A DNA stretch of 64,000 nt from Dehalococcoidia bacterium (GTDB taxonomy: Bacteria; Chloroflexota; Dehalococcoidia; Bin125), in assembly GCA_963663235.2 (NCBI GenBank), contig CAXXNO010000009.1, forward strand, positions 32,001 through 96,000, read 5' to 3'. The notes under the pieces are model-generated. The model ran no database searches, was not told where the DNA came from, and saw nothing but the letters and a program-made list of their open reading frames with translations. A program made the translations under genes and the position numbers. Of the stretch, positions 37,404 to 46,954 are shown piece after piece. How positions within the stretch are numbered: position 1 is the stretch's first letter; every line of letters starts with the position of its first letter.

Positions 37404-38342
37404 ATGCCCAAGCCGGGATTCATCATCAGCGCGCGGACGGGCCAGCGCAAACAGGTGGTCGAGCTGGCCCAAGAGTTGGACCGGCGGGGCTTCCCGCACG
37501 TCTTCTGCCCGCACGACTACAGCCCGATCCTGACGTCGAAGGGGACTAAGCCGCCGCCCTACGACGCCCTCAGCCTCACCACCGCCGTGATCCAAGCGAC
37601 GAAGCAGATCCGCGTGGGCAGCGGCATCGCCGTGACGTACACACGCCACCCGGTGGAGATGGCGGCAGCGGCGGCCTTCAACCACGAGATCAGCGACGGG
37701 CGGTTCGTGCTGGGCCTGGGGATCGGCCACGCCGACGTCCTCACGCGCTACGGGATCCCCTCCGAGCGGCCGATCCCGCACATGCGTCGCTACGTGGCGG
37801 AGGTCAAAGAGGCCGCCGCCGACTGGGCGATGCCGCCGATCATCCTTGCGGTCCTGCGACGCAAGATGACCTACCTCACCGGCGAGATCGCGGACGGGTT
37901 CCTGGCGAACAACTGGGCGCTCCCGCACTTCCCGACCACGCTCAAGGAGTTCCCCGGGAGCCAGCCGGAGGGCTTCATCCGCGGCGCGATCGTTCCCACG
38001 TACGTCTCGGAGGACCGCAGCGAGGGGCTGGCGGCCGTGCGCCACGTGCTGTCCTTCTACCTGCGGATGAACAATTATGTCGAGTATTACCGGGAGGTCG
38101 GGTACGGAAAGGACGCGGAGCGGGGGCTGGCGGCGCTGGCGGCGGGCGACGACGAGGCGATGCTGAACTCCATCTCGGAAGAGATGGCCGAGGGGATGGG
38201 GATCATCGGGACGGCATCGCAGGTGCGCAACAAGGTGGAGGAGTGGCAGGCGGCCGGCATCGAATGGCTGACCCTGTCCGCGCTGCAGTCGTCGGGGAGC
38301 CAGTACGACTCGATCATGCGCATCGCCAAGATCTTCGACTGA
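37404..38342 (+). CDS. LLM-class flavin-dependent oxidoreductase
   Basis: IRVGSGIAVTYTRHP, SDGRFVLGLGIGH, GEIADG. Confidence 0.82.
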   Translation: MPKPGFIISARTGQRKQVVELAQELDRRGFPHVFCPHDYSPILTSKGTKPPPYDALSLTTAVIQATKQIRVGSGIAVTYTRHPVEMAAAAAFNHEISDGRFVLGLGIGHADVLTRYGIPSERPIPHMRRYVAEVKEAAADWAMPPIILAVLRRKMTYLTGEIADGFLANNWALPHFPTTLKEFPGSQPEGFIRGAIVPTYVSEDRSEGLAAVRHVLSFYLRMNNYVEYYREVGYGKDAERGLAALAAGDDEAMLNSISEEMAEGMGIIGTASQVRNKVEEWQAAGIEWLTLSALQSSGSQYDSIMRIAKIFD

Positions 38343-38360
38343 CGGCGGCGGCCGCGCGCG

Positions 38361-39251
38361 TTACTCGTCGAAGAAGTCGCGGACCGTTCGCACGAACAGA
38401 TCCAGCTGGTCGTGGTGGACCCAGTGGCCCGCCTCGGGCACCGTCCAGAGTCGGGCGTCGGGAAACTCCTCGAGCAGGCCCTCCTCCATGGGATCGCTGG
38501 TGGGGCTCTCGGCCCCGTGGATCAACAGCGTGGGGGCCGTGATGCGACGCCAGAGCGCGCGCGCGATCTCCGCGGCCGCGGGGTCGGGCATCCAGATCCG
38601 CTCGTAGTTGTCGAACTTCCAGGTGTAGGTGCCGTCCTCGTTCTGGTTCATGCCGTGGATGGTGAGGTGGCGCGCCTGCTCGGGCGACAGGCGAGGATTC
38701 GCCTTGCGCATGCGCGCGATGGCGGCATCGATGCTCTCGTAGCGCCGTGGGAGACGGCCGGCCATGCCGCGAACGACGTCGATCCACTCCTGGAGTTGCT
38801 CGTGCACCTCCCTCGGCTTGCGGTCCTTGTTTCGCCGCCACAAGGGGCCCAGCCCCTCGATGGCCACGATCTTGCGCACCTTGTCCGGGTACAGACCGGC
38901 GTAGCGAAGGCTCACCGCCCCACCCCACGAGTGGGCGATGATGGTGACCGGCTCCAGGCTCTGCTGATGGACCAGTTGCGCGACGTCGTAGACGTAGTCG
39001 TTGATGGCGTAGCCAGAGCCGATGACCCACTGCGAGTCGCCGTGGCCGCGCAGGTCCGGCGCGATCACGTGGTAGCGATCGCGCAGGCGCTGCGCCACCC
39101 AGTCCCAAGAGCGGCAGTGATCGCGGCCGCCGTGGACCAGGAGAAGGGGCGGCGCGTCGTTGTTGCCCCAGTCGACGTAGTGCAGCCGCAGGCGCTGGGA
39201 GAAGTAGACGTGGGACGTGGGTCCGGACAGTCCCGGAGCATCGCTGGGCAT
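38361..39251 (-). CDS. Alpha/beta fold hydrolase
   Basis: LVHGGRDH, PDLRGHGDS, AHSWGG nucleophile elbow, AGHWVHHD. Start MPSDAP at 39251. Confidence 0.9.
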   Translation of the reverse strand: MPSDAPGLSGPTSHVYFSQRLRLHYVDWGNNDAPPLLLVHGGRDHCRSWDWVAQRLRDRYHVIAPDLRGHGDSQWVIGSGYAINDYVYDVAQLVHQQSLEPVTIIAHSWGGAVSLRYAGLYPDKVRKIVAIEGLGPLWRRNKDRKPREVHEQLQEWIDVVRGMAGRLPRRYESIDAAIARMRKANPRLSPEQARHLTIHGMNQNEDGTYTWKFDNYERIWMPDPAAAEIARALWRRITAPTLLIHGAESPTSDPMEEGLLEEFPDARLWTVPEAGHWVHHDQLDLFVRTVRDFFDE

Positions 39252-39255
39252 CAGG

Positions 39256-40611
39256 TCAGAACCAACGCGACACAGTGACCTTAGTGCTGGTGTAGAAATG
39301 GACCGAGTCCATGCCGGTGGCGTGCAGGTCGCCGTAGAACGACTGATTCCAGCCGCCGAAGGGGAAGATGCTGGCCATGTTCCCGTAGGTGCTGGCGTTG
39401 AGCAGCGTGAGCGCCTCATCGATGTCGGAGGCGCGCATCACCGAGAGCACCGGCCCGAAGAGCTCATCGCGCCAGATGCGCATGTCGGGCGTGACGTTAT
39501 CGAAGATGGTGGGGCCCAAGAAGAAGCCGTCGGCCGGGCCCGCGCCGCGGCCATCGGTGACCAGGCGAGCGCCCTGCCCGGCCGCCTCGTCGATGTAGGC
39601 GAGCAGCTCCGTGCGGCGCTCGTCGCGGATCACCGGCCCCATGTCGGTTTCGGGATCGCGGCCGGGGCCCAAGTGGAGGGCCTCGGCCTGATCCACGAGC
39701 CGGCGCACCATCTCATCGCCCACGGAGCCGACCCCCAGCGCCACGCTGCCGGCCAAGCAGCGCTGGCCGGCGCTGCCGAAGGCCGAGGCGATGAGGGCCG
39801 GGATCGATTGCTCCAAGTCGGCATCGTCCATGATCAGCATGTGGTTCTTGGCCCCGCCCAGCGCCTGCACGCGTTTGCCGTGGGCCGCGGCCGTCTCGTA
39901 GATGTAGCGCGCCACACCAGCCGAGCCGACGAACGACACGGCGGCGATATCCGGGTGAGCCAGGAGTTTGTTGACCGCGTCGTTTGCGCCGTGCACGACG
40001 TTGAAGACCCCGGGCGGCAGCCCCGCCTCCAGCAGCAGCTCCCCGAGCCGCACGCCCGAGAGCGGCGTCCGCTGCGAGGGCTTGAGCACGAAGGCGTTCC
40101 CACAGACCAGCGCCATGGGGATCATCCACATCGGCACCATCACGGGGAAGTTGAAGGGAGTGATGCCGGCGACCACGCCGACGGGGAAACGGCCGATCTC
40201 CTCGTCGATGCCGGGAGCGATCTGATCCAGGCTCGAGCCCATCAAGATCGTGGGCGCCGAGCAGGCGAAGTCCACCACCTCGATCCCGCGGCGTACCTCG
40301 CCGCGGGACTCCGCCAGCGTCTTGCCGTTCTCCAGGGTGACGAGTTGGGCGAGGTCCTCAAGGCGCTCCTCCATGAGCGCCTTGAGGCGGAACATCACCT
40401 GCGCGCGCTGCGGCGCCGGGGTATCGCTCCACTCCGGCAGCGCCGCCCGTGCCGCGGCGATGGCGCGATCGATCTCGTCCATCGTGGAATAGGGCAGCCG
40501 GGCGATGGTCTGACCGGTGCCCGGATCCGGAATCTCGTCCACAGTGGCGGAGACGGGCGTTTCCCACTCCGCGCCGATGAGGGTCGGGACGTCGGTACTT
40601 GTCGTCGTCAT
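39256..40611 (-). CDS. mmsA: CoA-acylating (methyl)malonate-semialdehyde dehydrogenase with an apparent internal in-frame deletion
   Basis: ITPFNFP, KPSQRTP, SFVGS, LGGAKNH, FGSAGQRCLA, ELFGPV, GDLH, SRWF. The segment between ASIF and PFGGW is absent. Confidence 0.85.
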   Translation of the reverse strand: MTTTSTDVPTLIGAEWETPVSATVDEIPDPGTGQTIARLPYSTMDEIDRAIAAARAALPEWSDTPAPQRAQVMFRLKALMEERLEDLAQLVTLENGKTLAESRGEVRRGIEVVDFACSAPTILMGSSLDQIAPGIDEEIGRFPVGVVAGITPFNFPVMVPMWMIPMALVCGNAFVLKPSQRTPLSGVRLGELLLEAGLPPGVFNVVHGANDAVNKLLAHPDIAAVSFVGSAGVARYIYETAAAHGKRVQALGGAKNHMLIMDDADLEQSIPALIASAFGSAGQRCLAGSVALGVGSVGDEMVRRLVDQAEALHLGPGRDPETDMGPVIRDERRTELLAYIDEAAGQGARLVTDGRGAGPADGFFLGPTIFDNVTPDMRIWRDELFGPVLSVMRASDIDEALTLLNASTYGNMASIFPFGGWNQSFYGDLHATGMDSVHFYTSTKVTVSRWF

Positions 40612-40707
40612 TCGGGGCTCCTTCGGAACGGACTTAGGATAGGCGCGGTGAGTCGCACCGTTCCACCCGCGTCAGCGGTGTCCCGGCGGTGTCTCGGCGT
40701 CGCCGGC

Positions 40708-42318
40708 CTAACTCGACTCGTAGACGACGCGGCCCTGCACGAGGGTCGCCGCCACCGGCAGGTCGCGCATCTCGTCCGGCGGGAGCGATCGCAGGTCGGC
40801 GCTGAGCATCGTCAGGTCCGCGAGCTTGCCGACCTCGATGCTGCCCTTGCGGTCCTCCTCGAACGAGGCGTAAGCGCCGTTAATGGTGTGCATGCGGATG
40901 GCGGTGTTCAGGTCGACGCGCTCACCGGGCCCGCAGACGTCGCCGGACATCGTCGCGCGGGTCATCGCCTGCTCGATGCCAAAGAGGGGCCGATAGTCGG
41001 TGACCGGGGCGTCGGAGGAGCCAGCGACGGTAACGCCCGCCTCCAGCAGCGACCTGGCGGGGAACATGACGTCGGCCCGCTCACGGCCGTAGTTGCGGAT
41101 GTAGCCGTCGCCGAACTCCCAGAAGAAGGCGGGCTGCATTACGGGCAGGATGCCCTGGGCGATCACGCGCGCCTGGAGATCCGGCGGGGCGATGCCGCAG
41201 TGCTCGATGCGGTGGCGCAGTCCCCGGCGCGGGAACTCCCGCTGCGCGCGGGCCATGGCGTCGAGCGACTGCTCGATCGCTCGATCGCCCACGGCGTGGA
41301 CCGTGCACTGCCAGCCCGCCCGGTGCGCGCGGCCGACGAGGTCATCCAGGCCGTCCTGCGACCAGTAAGCGATGCCGGAGTCGTCCGGGTTGGAGGTGTA
41401 GGGGTCGCGGGTGGCGGCGGTCGGGCCGGAGCTGGAGCCGTCCGTGATCACCTTGAAGGCGCCGATACGCAGGCGATCGTCGCCGAAACCGGAGCGATAG
41501 CCGGTGGCGAGGACCGGAACGTGGGGATGATCGGCGGCGTTCACGGTGACGAAGCCGTAGAGCCGCACCTGCAACGCGCCGCTCTGCACCAGATCGGTGG
41601 CGTGGTTCATGGCGGGGCCGGTGAGGCCCAGCGCATCGTGCACGCTGGTGCAGCCGGCGGCCAGGTAGGCGCGGTTTGCGCCCACCAGCCAGGCGCGCGT
41701 CTCCTCCGCCGTGGCCTGCGAGGCGCTCGCGAGAGGGATATTGGCCCGCTCGTAGGCGACGCCCAGCAAGCGGCCGTCGCGGCGGTCGTAGCGGCCGCCC
41801 TCGGGGTCCGGGGTGTCATCGGTGAGGCCGGCGAGCTGCATCGCTTTGGTGTTCCAGGCAGTGATGTGGCCGCAAGTGCGGGTGATGAGGACGGGGTGGT
41901 CGGGGGAGACGGGGTCCAGGTCCAAGCGAGTGGGGTGGCGCCCCTCCGCCAGTTTTGACTGGTCGTAGCCCCAGCCGCGAATCCAGGTCTCGGCGGGAGC
42001 CCCTGCAGCGCGCTCGCCAACGGCGCGCACGATGGCGGCCATATTGTCCATCCCCGTCGCCTTGAAGCGGATCGACTCCTGCGTCTCGCCCAGCCAGGGG
42101 AAGTGCGCGTGGGCATCGATAAAGCCGGGGAGGAGGGAGCGCCCTCGGAGATCGACCCGCTGCGTCGACGGCCCCGCGGTCGCGAGCACGTCCGCCTTTG
42201 AGCCGACGGCCAGGATGTGGCCGTCGGAGACGGCGACGGCCTCGGCGAGGCGGTTCCCGGCGTCGACCGTGTGGACGACGCCGCCGTGCAGGATCAGGTC
42301 CGCGCGTTCCCCAGGCAT
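40708..42318 (-). CDS. Amidohydrolase 3 family (YtcJ/NfdA-like)
   Basis: PGFIDAHAH, DGSSSG, HAVGDRA, RIEHC, GSSDAPV, GSIEVGKLAD. Confidence 0.9.
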   Translation of the reverse strand: MPGERADLILHGGVVHTVDAGNRLAEAVAVSDGHILAVGSKADVLATAGPSTQRVDLRGRSLLPGFIDAHAHFPWLGETQESIRFKATGMDNMAAIVRAVGERAAGAPAETWIRGWGYDQSKLAEGRHPTRLDLDPVSPDHPVLITRTCGHITAWNTKAMQLAGLTDDTPDPEGGRYDRRDGRLLGVAYERANIPLASASQATAEETRAWLVGANRAYLAAGCTSVHDALGLTGPAMNHATDLVQSGALQVRLYGFVTVNAADHPHVPVLATGYRSGFGDDRLRIGAFKVITDGSSSGPTAATRDPYTSNPDDSGIAYWSQDGLDDLVGRAHRAGWQCTVHAVGDRAIEQSLDAMARAQREFPRRGLRHRIEHCGIAPPDLQARVIAQGILPVMQPAFFWEFGDGYIRNYGRERADVMFPARSLLEAGVTVAGSSDAPVTDYRPLFGIEQAMTRATMSGDVCGPGERVDLNTAIRMHTINGAYASFEEDRKGSIEVGKLADLTMLSADLRSLPPDEMRDLPVAATLVQGRVVYESS

Positions 42319-42456
42319 CCCGGCCTCATTCCGTGCGCCCGCGCTCGTGCGGCTCCAGGGAGGATAGCGCCGAGGCGGTCGCGATGGGGCATGGCGTTGT
42401 AGCGAGGCGCTATGCTGCCCGCGGCCGATCCCTCGGCTCGCGTCTCGGAGGAGCCT

Positions 42457-42648
42457 ATGAGCGCCGACCCCAACGTGATCGAACGGCTGCGCGCGGTGGC
42501 GGAGGCCGCGGAGATCGAGATCAACGACGAGGGCCTGCGGGCCATCGCGCCGACGGTGCTGGCGATGTTAGCGCGCCCGTCCGGCGTCGCACCGCGTGAC
42601 CTGGGCGAGACGGAGCCCGCCTTCGGGCTGCGGATGCGCCGGGAGTAA
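42457..42648 (+). CDS. Small (63 aa) GatC/AtzG-like putative amidase partner subunit
   Basis: GGAGGAG RBS. MSADPNVIERLRAVAEAAEIEI..ETEPAFGL. Ends 3 nt before the amidase ATG. Confidence 0.65.
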   Translation: MSADPNVIERLRAVAEAAEIEINDEGLRAIAPTVLAMLARPSGVAPRDLGETEPAFGLRMRRE

Positions 42649-42651
42649 GTC

Positions 42652-44028
42652 ATGGCGGGTGAGGCCTACGACCTGACGATCCGGCACGCCGCCGAGGCGC
42701 TGCGCGACGGGACGTTGACATCGGTGGCGCTGACGGAAGCGGTCCTGCGCCGGATCGAGCAGACCGAGCCGACGCTCAACGCCTACATCACCGTGACCGC
42801 CGACATCGCGCGCGAACAGGCAGCCGCCGCCGACGCGGAGTTGCAGGCCGGTCGCGAGCGCGGGCCGCTGCAGGGCATCCCCTTCGCGCTAAAGGATCTC
42901 TACGACACGGCGGGGATCCCCACCACCGCGGGCTCCAGCTTCCTGCGCGACCGCGTGCCCAGCGAAGACGGGTTCGTCACAAAGAAACTCAAGGACGCGG
43001 GCATCGTGCTGACGGGCAAGCTGACGCTGCACGAGTTCGCCCTGGGCACCACCAGCATCAACCCGCACTACGGGGCCGTGCACAATCCCTGGAACCCGGC
43101 GCACGTGTCGGGTGGCAGCAGCGGGGGGAGCGGTGCGGCGGTCGCCGCCGGGTCGTGCCTGGGGGCGCTGGGCACAGACACGGGGGGATCGATCCGGATC
43201 CCGGCGTCGCTGTGCGGCGTGGTGGGGCTGTTGCCCACCTACGGGCGCGTGAGCCGTCGCGGAGTGCTGCCGCTGTCGTGGACGCTGGACCACGTGGGGC
43301 CGCTGTCCAAGAGCGTGGAGGACGCGGCAATCATCCTCAACGCCATCGCCGGCTACGACCGCGAGGACCCCGGCAGCGCGGACGAGCCCGTGGACGACTA
43401 CACCAGCGCATTGGGTCGCGAGCTGCGGGGCCTGCGCGTCGGGCTGCCGCGCGACCCCTTCTGGCAGGCCTGCGACGACCCCGTGACCGCCGCCTGCGAA
43501 GCGGCAGTCGACGTGCTGCGGGAGCTGGGGGCCAGCGTGTCCGAGGTGGCGCTGCCCCTCCAGGCCGCGACGGGACGGCTCAACATCCTCTGGGCGGAGG
43601 CGGCGTCGTACCACATCGACACGCTGCGCGAGCACCCGGACGGCTACGGCCAAGACGTGCGCACGACGATGGAGGGCGGCCTGGCGGTTGCGGCGACGAC
43701 CTACATCAACGACCAGCGCCTGCGCCGCAAGTTGATCGAGGAGACACGGGCGGTGCTGCGGCAGGTCGACGTGCTGGTATCGCCGACCACGCCGCACACG
43801 GCGCCGACCATCGCCGCGGGCGACCCGACGCGGGACCTGGCGCGGCTGACGCACCCCTACGACGTGTCGGGCATCCCCGCGGTCAGCGTGCCTTGCGGCT
43901 TCGACGGCGAGGGTCTGCCGATCGGGCTGATGATCGGCGGGCGGCACTTCGACGAGGCGACGGTGCTGCAAGTCGCCCACGCCTACGAGCAGGCGACGGA
44001 GTGGCACCGGCGTCGGCCGGCGGTCTAG
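42652..44028 (+). CDS. Amidase-signature family amidase (paralog 4, GatA-like)
   Basis: LKDLY, GGSSGGS, GTDTGGSIRIPA. Confidence 0.92.
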   Translation: MAGEAYDLTIRHAAEALRDGTLTSVALTEAVLRRIEQTEPTLNAYITVTADIAREQAAAADAELQAGRERGPLQGIPFALKDLYDTAGIPTTAGSSFLRDRVPSEDGFVTKKLKDAGIVLTGKLTLHEFALGTTSINPHYGAVHNPWNPAHVSGGSSGGSGAAVAAGSCLGALGTDTGGSIRIPASLCGVVGLLPTYGRVSRRGVLPLSWTLDHVGPLSKSVEDAAIILNAIAGYDREDPGSADEPVDDYTSALGRELRGLRVGLPRDPFWQACDDPVTAACEAAVDVLRELGASVSEVALPLQAATGRLNILWAEAASYHIDTLREHPDGYGQDVRTTMEGGLAVAATTYINDQRLRRKLIEETRAVLRQVDVLVSPTTPHTAPTIAAGDPTRDLARLTHPYDVSGIPAVSVPCGFDGEGLPIGLMIGGRHFDEATVLQVAHAYEQATEWHRRRPAV

Positions 44029-44615
44029 GCGGGTGTGATCCTGTTGGCGGCGGCGGGCTCCGTGGAAGGGTGGGCGAGGGCCCGCTCCAGGGCCTCAACC
44101 ACAGAGGCAGGCTCAGGATGGTCGCCGGAGAGGCGACTGCGGTAGCGGTACGGGATCGAGCCGTCCGGCAGCACGATAAACACCCCGCCCTGCTGCGTCG
44201 CCGAGCCCTTGGTGCTCGACTGCCGGTAGCCGCCGCGCATGGCGCGGAAGCGATAGAGAAAGGTCTTGGGATGGAGGAGCGTGAAGACTCCCTTCCGCGT
44301 CCCGAAGGCCTCGTAGACGGACAGCGTCGGGTCCGTGTAAACGGGGGTCTGGATTTCGCAGTCCTCAGCGAACCAGCCGGCCTGCTTCGGCGCGCCGTTG
44401 CCGACGATCACCAGTTCGGCGCCGGCGGCGTGGATGCGAGGCAGGACGTCGCGCAACTGCGCGACCTGCTCCTTGCAAAACACTCAACCGAAGTGCCGGA
44501 TGAGCGCCAGCATGATGGGCTGTCGCGCCCAGAGTGACGCCAAGCGGACGGCGTCGCCGGCCGGCGTGAGGACCTCAACCGAAGCCGGGTCCCGTGTGCC
44601 GGTCGCCGTGGTCAT
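44025..44615 (-). CDS. AhpC/TSA (peroxiredoxin-like, SelU/PRXL2-type) selenoprotein, 196 aa, Sec at codon 44
   Basis: GGAGG RBS and ATG 44615 give ..RLASLWARQPIMLALIRHFG-TGA-VFCKE.. in frame with the track ORF 44025..44483 (QQGGVF..GDHP). UxxC occupies the CxxC position. Confidence 0.85.
44438..44471 (-). promoter_or_regulatory. Putative bacterial SECIS hairpin
   Basis: Minus strand GAGCAG-GTCGCGC-AGTT-GCGCGAC-GTCCTGCCTC. The apical loop begins 25 nt after the UGA and has G at loop position 2. Confidence 0.7.
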
Positions 44616-44651
44616 CGATGGCCCTCCGCGGGCTCCAGCGGCCGCGCGCCG

Positions 44652-45089
44652 CTACAACTCGAGCGAGGACATCTCCAGCATGCGCTCGGGATCGGTCTTC
44701 CAGACGTCGGACGTGTCCACGTAGAGCTCCACGCCGTTGCCGTCCGGGTCGCGGACGAAGATCGCCTTGGCCACGGTGTAGTCGGAGGTGTTGTCGATGG
44801 AGACGCCGGCCTCCTCGATGGTGCGCTTGACCTCGCGCAGCTCCTCCAGCGAGTCGCCGACCTTGAAGGCGACGTGCAGCAGGCCGGTCGCGCCGCGGGG
44901 CGGGGCGGGGGCGTCGTCCCCGACGCCGATCAGCGCCAGATCGTGGTGGCGGTGGATGGTGAGAAAGGATGCCGGGATGCGCGGGTCGCGGGCGGCGACG
45001 GGGATGCCCAGGAGGCCGTTGTAGAAGCGCTCGGCGCGCTCCACATCGCGCACCTTGATCGCCGCGTGGCCCAGCGCGTGCACCTTCAT
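44652..45089 (-). CDS. VOC/glyoxalase family protein
   Basis: LGHAAIKVRD..FY, HHDLAL, GLLHVAF, RDPDGNGVEL. Start MKVHAL at 45089. Confidence 0.88.
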   Translation of the reverse strand: MKVHALGHAAIKVRDVERAERFYNGLLGIPVAARDPRIPASFLTIHRHHDLALIGVGDDAPAPPRGATGLLHVAFKVGDSLEELREVKRTIEEAGVSIDNTSDYTVAKAIFVRDPDGNGVELYVDTSDVWKTDPERMLEMSSLEL

Positions 45090-45127
45090 CGGTCGCCTCC
45101 TCTCGATGGCATGCGATGGTTGGCAGC

Positions 45128-46159
45128 CTAGGGGACCAGCTTCCACTCGCCGCCCGGCTTGAAGCCCTTGGCGATGGGGAAGATCTCCTGGCTGAACTGC
45201 TCCGTGCGCTCGAACAGCTCCTCGGCCGTGCTGGTCTGGCAATCCTGATGCACGACCATCAAGGAGTAGCCGGCCTCGGCGAACTCCTGGAGGTCGGAGA
45301 GGATCATCTCCGGCGTGCCCTCGCAGATCGGGCGCACCTTGCGCTGCAAGTGCGGATCATTGGCGTCGGTGATGCGGACGGCCACGAGCCCGATCATCAT
45401 GAAGTCGGAGAGGTCTCGGCCGATGCGCTGGGCCTCGCGCCGGATCTCATCCTGGAAGTGATCGAGCTCGTGGGGCCGCGCTCCGGGGTGCATGAAGATG
45501 GGGTAGAAGCCGTCGCAGAGCCGGGCCGCGCGGCGGGCCCCGGCCTTGGACATGCCGCCGAAGACGATGGGAGGCCGCGGCTTCTGTACCGGCTTGGGGT
45601 CCATGGTGATGTTCTGGAAGCTGTAGAACTCCCCATCGAAATTGGGGGTCCCGTCCTGCCAGGCGGTCTTGTAGACCTGGATGCACTCATCGGTCATCTC
45701 ACCGCGCTTCTCGTAGTTGAGGTGGAGGGCGTCGAACTCCTCCTTGGCCCAGCCGGCCCCGACGCCGGCGATGAGGCGGCCGTTGGACAGACGGTCGACC
45801 GTGGCGAACTGGCGGGCGTCGTGCAGAGGGGGGCGGTAGGGAGAGATCAGCACGGAGGTGGCCAGCTTGATGGTGCTGGTGGCGCCCGCCACAGCGCCCA
45901 TCGTGACGAGCGCGTCGAGCATCTCGGGCCGCTCGACGTAGTGGCGCTTGCCCGACTCCGGATTGGCGATGTGGACATCGGTGGTTTGGAGCGGCAGCGT
46001 GACGTGGTCCGGGAACCAGAGGGAATGATAGCCGAGGCGTTCGGCGCGCTGCGCAAACTCGATGGGGCGCATGTCGTCGGCGGCGAGGTTCTCCAGCCAG
46101 AACTCCGTCTCGCTGCGGAAAACCACGCCGTGGGTGTTCATGTAGGAGCCGATTTGCAT
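45128..46159 (-). CDS. LLM-class (probably F420-dependent) oxidoreductase
   Basis: Very close paralog of 4905..5936 (SLWFPDHVTLPLQTT, PYRPPLHDARQFATVD). Confidence 0.88.
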   Translation of the reverse strand: MQIGSYMNTHGVVFRSETEFWLENLAADDMRPIEFAQRAERLGYHSLWFPDHVTLPLQTTDVHIANPESGKRHYVERPEMLDALVTMGAVAGATSTIKLATSVLISPYRPPLHDARQFATVDRLSNGRLIAGVGAGWAKEEFDALHLNYEKRGEMTDECIQVYKTAWQDGTPNFDGEFYSFQNITMDPKPVQKPRPPIVFGGMSKAGARRAARLCDGFYPIFMHPGARPHELDHFQDEIRREAQRIGRDLSDFMMIGLVAVRITDANDPHLQRKVRPICEGTPEMILSDLQEFAEAGYSLMVVHQDCQTSTAEELFERTEQFSQEIFPIAKGFKPGGEWKLVP

Positions 46160-46323
46160 CGATTGCGTCCTTTCGCCTGTCAGTCGCCGTTGCGGGCCAG
46201 GTGGCAGCGCGCGTCGAAGCGCCCCCGAGGCCGGAAGGCATTATCGCGGACCCGCGCCCGAAGCGAAACAGCCCTCGCGGCAAATGCGCCGGCCGGGGCG
46301 GCGCGGCGCTTTCGCGGCGGGGG

Positions 46324-46833
46324 CTACTCCACGGCGATGGAGATGGTCTTGATCGCCGCCCCAGGCGGAGCGCCGGGGACCGGATCGCGGGGCGTGATCT
46401 CTCGCACCACGTCCATGCCCTCCCGGACCTTGCCGAAGACCGTGTAGTCGCCGTCGAGGCTGGGCACGGCCGCCAGCGTGAGGTAGAACTGGCTGCCGGC
46501 CGAATTGGGCGCGGCCGTCTTGGCCATGGAGATCACGCCCTCTTCGTGTTTGTGCTCGTTGACCTCGTCGGGGAGCGTGTAGCCGGGGCCGCCGGAGCCG
46601 GATCCCGTGGGGTCGCCGCCCTGGGCGACGAAGCCGGGAATGACGCGGTGAAAGGTGACGCCGTCGTAGTAGCCCTCGCCGGCGAGGAAGACGAAGGAGT
46701 TGACGGTCTCGGGGGCGGCGTCGGGGAGGAGGTCGATGACGATGGAGCCGCCGCGCTCCATGTCGATCGTCGCCGTGTAGCGTTTGCCGGGTTCGAGCGC
46801 CATCTCGGGGCGGTTGGGGTACTGCTGAGCCAT
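46324..46833 (-). CDS. Cyclophilin-type peptidyl-prolyl cis-trans isomerase
   Basis: FHRVIPGFVAQGGDPTG, ISMA, AGSQFY, YTVFGKV. Start MAQQYP at 46833. Confidence 0.93.
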   Translation of the reverse strand: MAQQYPNRPEMALEPGKRYTATIDMERGGSIVIDLLPDAAPETVNSFVFLAGEGYYDGVTFHRVIPGFVAQGGDPTGSGSGGPGYTLPDEVNEHKHEEGVISMAKTAAPNSAGSQFYLTLAAVPSLDGDYTVFGKVREGMDVVREITPRDPVPGAPPGAAIKTISIAVE

Positions 46834-46954
46834 GGGCTGGGTCCTTCCGCGGGGAATCCGGGTCCGGCCCACACGGCGCCGACCCGCGTCGCGAAGCGAG
46901 GGTACTACCCGCCCGAGGGGCGCGCGATTGCGATGAAGAGAGCCGGAGGCGGCG

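Noticed and set aside
42652-44028. gatA of the Glu-tRNA amidotransferase
   Set aside because: No gatB adjacent and the sequence looks like a generic amidase, so no gene symbol was assigned.
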